64,000 nucleotides of DNA from Blastocatellia bacterium. GTDB taxonomy: Bacteria; Acidobacteriota; Blastocatellia; UBA7656. The notes beneath the pieces are model-generated. The model searched no databases and was not told the DNA's origin. It saw only the letters and a program-made list of their open reading frames with translations. Location: the NCBI GenBank assembly GCA_963765495.1, contig CAVXWP010000001.1, positions 160,001 through 224,000 of the forward strand. The letters are read 5' to 3'. Each line of letters opens with the position of its first letter. The stretch's first letter is position 1. Below are positions 57,704 through 64,000 of this stretch, piece after piece. Made by a program: the position numbers and the translations under genes.

Positions 57704-58486
57704 ATGTTCAACATAGGGCAGGAGGTCAACACCAGATACGGCGTAGGCACGGTAGTCTGCGTCAGCAGCGTCAACCCTCACGTTTATGTTCGCCTGCGCT
57801 CGCGCTCGGGAATCTTCATGCTGGAGGAATCGGATGTCGCCGCAATCGAAGAGATAAGCTCCGATTTGCGTGATGCCAGCCAATCACCGGAAGAGGCAAA
57901 AACAGAGGTAAAAGGGCCGGACACCCGATCTGAAAATGGTGGATACCACGCAGACAGGGTTGACCCTTCCGCGTCCGTTCATTTCAAAGATCACTGGGGG
58001 GGCCGAATGAAAAAGAGATCAATCGACAAGCAAACGCCGCTTTCAATACTCGTGCGCAACCGTCTTGCCGAGCTTGGGATGAAGCAATCGGAGTTCTGTC
58101 GGCAGAACGGGTTCGATCAGGGGCTGCTGTCAAAGATACAGAGTTCGATGATAACCACGCTCAGTCTTGAAAGCACACTCAAGCTCGCCGCCGGGCTGTA
58201 CCTTTCGCCCCGGACGATACTGGAAATCATAGGCCGCCCGGAGATGCATTCACTGATCGTAAATGCTTATTCGGCGGATTCCGATTTGCCGAGTGTGACC
58301 GGCATGGCCGACATCTCTCCGGCCGTGGCCGAAATATCTCAGATGGCCTTGCGCGCTCATCGGATGGGGTGCAACCTCACGCCGATCTTGCAGCAGTTGA
58401 GCAGTCTGACCGTAGCCGCTTCCAGACGCGGAGAGGTTGATGCTGCGGGGGCGAACAGGCTGATCGCGGGAGAGGCGGCAGGCTAG
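57704..58486 (+). CDS. Putative regulator: SH3/KOW-like N-terminus + XRE-like HTH
   Basis: FNIGQEVNTRYGVGTVV...VYVRL; RLAELGMKQSEFCRQNGFDQGLLSKI. Confidence 0.55.
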   Translation: MFNIGQEVNTRYGVGTVVCVSSVNPHVYVRLRSRSGIFMLEESDVAAIEEISSDLRDASQSPEEAKTEVKGPDTRSENGGYHADRVDPSASVHFKDHWGGRMKKRSIDKQTPLSILVRNRLAELGMKQSEFCRQNGFDQGLLSKIQSSMITTLSLESTLKLAAGLYLSPRTILEIIGRPEMHSLIVNAYSADSDLPSVTGMADISPAVAEISQMALRAHRMGCNLTPILQQLSSLTVAASRRGEVDAAGANRLIAGEAAG

Positions 58487-58558
58487 GCATATGAACGGGT
58501 GGTCCCCGGGGTCCGCTCAACGAGAAGTCTGCTGAAAGAAGCCCGCAAGAGGAAAGTG

Positions 58559-59926
58559 ATGGAAGAGAGAATAGATCGAATCGAAGAAGGGAAACAAAGA
58601 GATTCACAAACACTCGCATTCGCCGGGTTGTTTGTCTTTACGCTGCTGCTTTACTGGCGGCCAAACGAGATGTTTCCCGAACTGTTTGGCGAATTTCCTC
58701 TTGCCAAGATAGTCGCAATCGCAACGCTTGTGGCCTATATCGCTTCAAGGTTCACAGAGGGCAAGAGGCTCACGATCTGGCCGATTGAATTAAAGATGCT
58801 TCTCGTAATCGCGGCTCTCGGCATCGCATTTATTCCGACCGCCGCCGCGCCTCAAGACAGCATAGATTTGCTGACGGATGTCTTCTTCAAGGTGATCATA
58901 ATCTTTGTTCTGATGATAAACGTTCTGGATACGCGCGAGCGGCTCAGGTCTATGTTGAGCCTCGTGGTGATCTGTGGAACCATCCTTTCACTTATCGCCA
59001 TCGGCAATTACCTGTCGGGCCATTTCGCGGTGCAGGATAAAGGGACCGAAGGGCGTGTGGCGGGGATAGTCGGCGGGATATTCGGCAATCCGAACGACCT
59101 GGCGACGAGCCTTGACCTGTTGATTCCTTTTTCGGTCGCGCTCGCGCTCACGAGTCGCGGCCTGTTGCGGCTGGCCTATTTCGCCTTCTCGGCAATTCTC
59201 GCCTCGGGTGTCGTGCTCACCTTTTCACGCGGCGGCTTCCTCGGCCTCATAGCCATGAGCGCCGTCCTGATGTGGAAGGTTGGACGGCGTAACCGCGCCG
59301 TGATGGTCTTTGCCTTTATGGCGATGCTCGCCGTGTTTGTTACGATGATGCCCGGTGGCTACGCAGATCGAATCACAACTATCTTTGACTCTTCGAGCGA
59401 CCCGACGGGGTCATCGCAGGCGCGCAAGGAGTTGCTTGAGCGCGCCGCCTCGGTCGCGGCTGCACACCCGCTAATCGGCGTCGGAGCCGGGAACTATCAC
59501 ATCTATTCGATACGCGAACAGCGCGCGCACAACTCTTATCTTGAGATCGCGTCCGAGCTTGGTCTGGCCGGGCTCGTGGCCTATCTGATTATGATATTTG
59601 CGCCGCTGAAACAGTTGCGCCGGGTCGAGCGCGATTGTATACGGACAGACAAAGGCCCCGAGGGAGATGATCAAAAGATTTACTATCTGAGCGTAGCCCT
59701 GCAAGCCTCGATAATCGCATACATCGTTTGCAGCTTTTTCGGGTCTATCCAGTATCTATGGTACGTCTATTTTCCAATCGGGTACGCCATATCGCTCAGA
59801 AACATTCACGCGGCGGAAAGGGAAGTTTCACCCGCGCAAGCGAGCGAGTCGCTGGCGGATGAGAAGAGACGGGGAGGCGTTTTATGGAGGCCCGATCAGA
59901 AGCGGGAGCGCCCGTCTGAGATTTGA
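58559..59926 (+). CDS. O-antigen ligase / Wzy-like polymerase
   Basis: GNPNDLA, TFSRGGFLGL, HPLIGVG, AHNSYLEIASELG. Confidence 0.9.
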   Translation: MEERIDRIEEGKQRDSQTLAFAGLFVFTLLLYWRPNEMFPELFGEFPLAKIVAIATLVAYIASRFTEGKRLTIWPIELKMLLVIAALGIAFIPTAAAPQDSIDLLTDVFFKVIIIFVLMINVLDTRERLRSMLSLVVICGTILSLIAIGNYLSGHFAVQDKGTEGRVAGIVGGIFGNPNDLATSLDLLIPFSVALALTSRGLLRLAYFAFSAILASGVVLTFSRGGFLGLIAMSAVLMWKVGRRNRAVMVFAFMAMLAVFVTMMPGGYADRITTIFDSSSDPTGSSQARKELLERAASVAAAHPLIGVGAGNYHIYSIREQRAHNSYLEIASELGLAGLVAYLIMIFAPLKQLRRVERDCIRTDKGPEGDDQKIYYLSVALQASIIAYIVCSFFGSIQYLWYVYFPIGYAISLRNIHAAEREVSPAQASESLADEKRRGGVLWRPDQKRERPSEI

Positions 59927-61125
59927 GATTTAAGAACTTTAGGAATCTGAAAACGGAAATATTTGTGATAGCCACCATCATATTCATAGCCTCGATAGCA
60001 GTGATAGCCTACGCGTACGTAGGTTATCCCGCGTTTGTCTTTGCGTTGTCGCGCCTGTTTTCGCGTCCCGTCAATCTTTCAGGCATCACACCAAAGGTTT
60101 CTGTGATAATCGCCGCCTACAACGAAGAGCGCGACATCGCCGCGAAGATCGAAAACACGCTGGCGCTCGATTATCCGTCCGACAGGCTTGAGGTGATAGT
60201 AGCAAGCGACTGCTCTGCGGATCGCACGGACGAGATAGTCTGTTCTTACAGAGAGCGTGGCGTGCGGCTCTTCAGGCAGGCGATGCGGCACGGAAAGAGC
60301 GTGGCGCAGAACAAGGCGATGAAGGTTTCGACGGGCGAAATTCTTGTCTTCTCAGACGCTACGACCATGTACGAGCCGGACGCGTTGAGAAAGATTGTAC
60401 GCAGCTTTGCCGATCACGAAGTCGGCTGCGTGGCGGGTCAGCTTATCTATGTTGATCGCGCCGCGACCGCCGTGGGGCAGGGGTGCCGCTCGTACTGGGG
60501 ATACGAAAAATTTATAAAGGAAAGCGAAAGCCGGTTGGGGTCGCTTATCGGGGTGAGCGGATGTCTTTACGCGGTCAGGCGCAGCAACTACGCGAAAATC
60601 GCTCACGATATGAGCAGCGATTTTGTTATTGCGACCGAAATATTTCTGCAAGGCATGCGCACTGTTTACGACCGGGAGGCGATCTCGATAGAAGACACAA
60701 ACAACCGCAGCCGCGATGAATTCCGCATGCGCGTGCGCGTGATCGAGCAGACCATGAGCGCGCTTGATCGTTACAGCGAAGTGCTCAACCCGGCAAAGAG
60801 CGGGCTGTACGCGTTTCAGATGATTTCACATAAGGTGCTGCGATACGCGGTCCCGGCCTTTTTGATTTCGGCCTTCATATCGAATCTATTCCTGATAAAC
60901 GCGCTGGGGTTTTTCCGGCTTGCGCTTATTGGGCAGGCGGCTCTTTATATGGCGGCGCTGGCCGGATTTCTTGCTGATCGGATGGGGCTGAATCTTGGAC
61001 CCCTGTCAATTCCTTATTATTTCGTGCTGGCCAACGCCGCCTCGCTCGTCGCATTTCTGAAGTTTATGCGTGGAGAGGCACACGTGTTGTGGGAGCCTGT
61101 TCGCGGGTCGGGATCGGCTGAATGA
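59923..61125 (+). CDS. Glycosyltransferase family 2
   Basis: SVIIAAYNEE, SDCSAD, FSDA, C-terminal TMs; start may be GTG near 59965. Confidence 0.92.
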   Translation: MRFKNFRNLKTEIFVIATIIFIASIAVIAYAYVGYPAFVFALSRLFSRPVNLSGITPKVSVIIAAYNEERDIAAKIENTLALDYPSDRLEVIVASDCSADRTDEIVCSYRERGVRLFRQAMRHGKSVAQNKAMKVSTGEILVFSDATTMYEPDALRKIVRSFADHEVGCVAGQLIYVDRAATAVGQGCRSYWGYEKFIKESESRLGSLIGVSGCLYAVRRSNYAKIAHDMSSDFVIATEIFLQGMRTVYDREAISIEDTNNRSRDEFRMRVRVIEQTMSALDRYSEVLNPAKSGLYAFQMISHKVLRYAVPAFLISAFISNLFLINALGFFRLALIGQAALYMAALAGFLADRMGLNLGPLSIPYYFVLANAASLVAFLKFMRGEAHVLWEPVRGSGSAE

Positions 61126-63647
61126 AAAGACTGACGATACAACTTGAAAAACTTCGCGGCAAAAGCCTCAAGGAACTGCGCGAGCGAGCGGGCCAGGAAT
61201 TAAACAAGCTTGGCGAGCGTATGACGGGCCTCTCCACGGAAGAGATGAGCGACGCGCGATTCTATCGGCAGATAAGCCCCGCCGAGCGCAACGGCTCTGC
61301 CAAAGGCACGGCTCAAGCGATAGCCCGACGCATCGAGGGAGGGGTTACGGGGGGGATTACGGCAGGGGTTCGTTCGGGCGGTAATAAATTCTTTCCCTCG
61401 TTTGATGGGCGCGACGAAATCCGCTCCATTATGGAATGCCGCTTTCCCGATCAGAGCCGGGCAATCATCGAGCGGGCCGAGCGCGCAATCCGGGGGCGAT
61501 TCGACCTTCTGGGTCTGAGCGATCTCAGCTTTGGCCAACCCGTTGACTGGCATTTGGAACCCGTATCCGGCAAGCGAGCGCCCCGCGCGCACTGGAGCCG
61601 GATCAAATATCTGGACCCGACCGTGGCGGGAGACAAAAAGATCACGTGGGAGTTGAACCGGCATCAGCATTTCGTAACGTTCGGGCAGGCTCACCGGCTC
61701 ACCGGAGACGAGCGCTTTGCCGAAGCGTTTGTCGCTCAAGCGAGTTCGTGGATGGATGCGAATCCGCCAGGTGTAGGAATCAACTGGGCAAGCAGTCTCG
61801 AAGTCGCCTTCCGCGCCGTTGCGTGGATATGGGCTTTGCATCTGCTTGCGGGTTCGCGCCATCTTTCGGGAGAGTTTGTGTTGCGCGCGCTCAAGCATCT
61901 TTCGGCACACGGTCGCCATATCGAAAAATACCTGTCGCATTACTTCAGCCCGAACACACATCTTTCGGGCGAGGCGCTCGGGCTCTTTTATCTTGGCGTG
62001 GCGCTGCCGGAATTCAGACGGGCGGGCAAGTGGCAAAGACTCGGGCTCGGGATACTCGTTGAGCAGCTATCACGCCAGGTCCGCGAGGATGGAGTCTATT
62101 TCGAGCAGGCGACCTATTATCACCGCTACACGGCGGATTTTTATACGCATCTGCTCGTGCTTGCGCGTGCCGCAAACATCGTGCTGCCTTTCGCGGTCGA
62201 AGAGAAACTCGCGGCCCTCCTCGATCACCTGATGTGGATAACGCGCCCCGACGGCACATCGCCGCTTGTGGGCGATGATGACGGGGGGCGATTGATAAAG
62301 CTGGGCGAGCGCAGGCTCGATGATTTCCGCGACACGCTTGCGGCGGGTGCCGCGCTTTTCGGGCGCGGTGATTGGAAATATGTCGCAGGCGGCCCGGCGG
62401 TCGAAACGCTCTGGCTGCTCGGTCCCGAAGGGCTTGCCCGTTACGATGAGATCAGGGGCGTAAAACCCGAAGCGAAGTCTCGCGCATTCGCCGCGAGCGG
62501 CTATTACGTGATGCGCGACGAGTGGGAAAAGGATTCGAGTTTTGTTCTGATGGATTGCGGCCCGCACGGGGCGATGAACTGCGGGCACGCGCACGCCGAC
62601 GCGCTCTCGCTCGAATTTGCCTCGGAAGGTAAGCCGTGGTTGATTGATCCCGGCACGTTTACTTATACGGCAGATTCTCGCTTGCGCGATGAGTTTCGCG
62701 CGACCCATGCTCACAACACCGCGACCGTTGACGGCGAGTCGCAATCGGTTCCCGCCGGGGCATTTTCGTGGCATCACATCGCCCTCGCAAAAGACACGGA
62801 TTTCATAGGCGAAGAGAGCTTTGATTATCTTGAAGGCGCGCACGACGGATACGAGCGATTGAGCGATCCAGTCACACACAGGCGAGCGGTCCTGTTCACA
62901 AAGACTGCAAAAGACTGCAAGGGTGCAGCCCGGCTTAACTCCCGGTTGAACTCTTATCTGGTTGTGCGCGACAGGTTCACCGCTACCGACCGCCATCATT
63001 ACGCCATGCGCTACCATCTGGCTCCGGGGTGTTCGGCCGTGGCGATTGGAAATCATGTAAAGATCACACGACCCCGTGGCGAAAGGCTCGACCTCATAGC
63101 GTTCGGGCGTGTGATGCCACGGGCGCAAATCTTGTCGGGCTGGGCGTCATCGAGTTATGGAGCGCGTACCCCTTCGCTTATCGTCGCGTTCGAAGCCGAA
63201 GGCATTCAGGCGCAGGAATTCGTGACCTTTGCGCTTCCTTTGACAAGAGAGGGGGCAATTCATATCGAACAGACAGATCATTCGGCTCGCGGTTTTCTTA
63301 TCACAACTGGCAACGTGATGGACGCGGTCTTGATCGGCAACGGCTCGGACAGATTCGAATGCGGGCCGCTTTCGGCCACGGGGCAGATCGCCTGGGGTCG
63401 CTTTGTAAATGACAGACTCGCAAAGGCGTGTCTGATTCACGGGCGCTCACTTGAAACAAGCGACGGGCTTTCGCTCGATCACCGCAAGCCCGTCAGGTAC
63501 CTGACCGTCAGCGAGTCGGGCAACGGTTTTGAGGTGAGGGTTGACGGTACAGGCAAATTTTTTACGGCAAACAACAGGACGCAGGATGCGCGCGGCTTGC
63601 GTCAACACTCGCATCAACCGGAGTTGATGAGTAAGGCAGCAGAATAA
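61122..63647 (+). CDS. Heparinase II/III family protein
   Basis: WELNRHQH, SPNTHL, EQATYYH, GHAHADALS, DPGTFTY, AHNT. Confidence 0.9.
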   Translation: MKRLTIQLEKLRGKSLKELRERAGQELNKLGERMTGLSTEEMSDARFYRQISPAERNGSAKGTAQAIARRIEGGVTGGITAGVRSGGNKFFPSFDGRDEIRSIMECRFPDQSRAIIERAERAIRGRFDLLGLSDLSFGQPVDWHLEPVSGKRAPRAHWSRIKYLDPTVAGDKKITWELNRHQHFVTFGQAHRLTGDERFAEAFVAQASSWMDANPPGVGINWASSLEVAFRAVAWIWALHLLAGSRHLSGEFVLRALKHLSAHGRHIEKYLSHYFSPNTHLSGEALGLFYLGVALPEFRRAGKWQRLGLGILVEQLSRQVREDGVYFEQATYYHRYTADFYTHLLVLARAANIVLPFAVEEKLAALLDHLMWITRPDGTSPLVGDDDGGRLIKLGERRLDDFRDTLAAGAALFGRGDWKYVAGGPAVETLWLLGPEGLARYDEIRGVKPEAKSRAFAASGYYVMRDEWEKDSSFVLMDCGPHGAMNCGHAHADALSLEFASEGKPWLIDPGTFTYTADSRLRDEFRATHAHNTATVDGESQSVPAGAFSWHHIALAKDTDFIGEESFDYLEGAHDGYERLSDPVTHRRAVLFTKTAKDCKGAARLNSRLNSYLVVRDRFTATDRHHYAMRYHLAPGCSAVAIGNHVKITRPRGERLDLIAFGRVMPRAQILSGWASSSYGARTPSLIVAFEAEGIQAQEFVTFALPLTREGAIHIEQTDHSARGFLITTGNVMDAVLIGNGSDRFECGPLSATGQIAWGRFVNDRLAKACLIHGRSLETSDGLSLDHRKPVRYLTVSESGNGFEVRVDGTGKFFTANNRTQDARGLRQHSHQPELMSKAAE

Positions 63648-64000
63648 TGTGCGGAATTTGCGGCATAGCCGCTCCAGCGAAATTGAATCGCAGCGTTGAT
63701 GAATCGCTCGTCAAACAGATGCGAGACCGGCTCGCGCACAGAGGGCCAGACGACGCGGGGATCTTTCGGGGAGGCTCGGTGGGGCTCGGTCATCGCCGCC
63801 TTTCAATCGTAGACCTCGGCGGCGGCGGCCAGCCCATGTCAAACGAAGACGACACGATATGGATAGCCTTCAACGGTGAAATCTATAATCATCGCGACTT
63901 CCGCCCTGTGCTCGAAGCGCGCGGTCACAGGTATCGCACCTCAAGCGATACGGAAACGATAATTCACCTCTACGAAGAATACGGGCCGCGTGCAGTCGAG
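63647..64000 (+). CDS. asnB: Asparagine synthase (glutamine-hydrolyzing), partial
   Basis: MCGICG, HRGPD, GHRRLSIVD, QPM, FNGEIYN, SDTE; runs off the window. Confidence 0.93.
   Translation, partial: MCGICGIAAPAKLNRSVDESLVKQMRDRLAHRGPDDAGIFRGGSVGLGHRRLSIVDLGGGGQPMSNEDDTIWIAFNGEIYNHRDFRPVLEARGHRYRTSSDTETIIHLYEEYGPRAVE

Noticed and set aside
61200-63128. Long antisense ORFs (278 and 352 aa) in the heparinase gene, and similar ones elsewhere
   Set aside because: Expected shadows in GC-rich coding DNA; no motifs or RBS support

Overview
64 kb of bacterial chromosome. Gene content (ECF-kinase pair, WD40-caspase, XrtA/PEP-CTERM-type EPS genes) suggests Acidobacteriota, Blastocatellia-like; this is an inference. 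1-8.5 kb holds secreted proteins, a DUF433/DUF433/DUF5615 toxin-antitoxin trio and an ECF sigma plus Ser/Thr kinase. About 8.5-19.95 kb is a decaying island abutting the 3' end of mnmE. It carries an excisionase pseudogene, a tyrosine-integrase stub cut by an IS4-type element, phased att-like repeats, and an integron-type cassette array with 4 complete and 2 half attC sites but no intI in the window. It also contains IS5, IS701, ISKra4 and IS110 elements. 19.95-24.9 kb is mnmE-jag-yidC-yidD-rnpA-rpmH with no adjacent dnaA. 25-48.7 kb holds J/PilZ, NCS1, tandem WD40 and WD40-caspase genes, HEAT-TonB, nitrilase and LLM oxidoreductase, NurA, pssA/psd, an MFS gene with a candidate leader-peptide attenuator, and tRNA-His. 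49-64 kb is the start of an EPS locus. Intergenic inverted arrays of 7-9-mer repeats and a MITE-like repeat recur across the window. All family calls are from motif recognition; no database searches were run.
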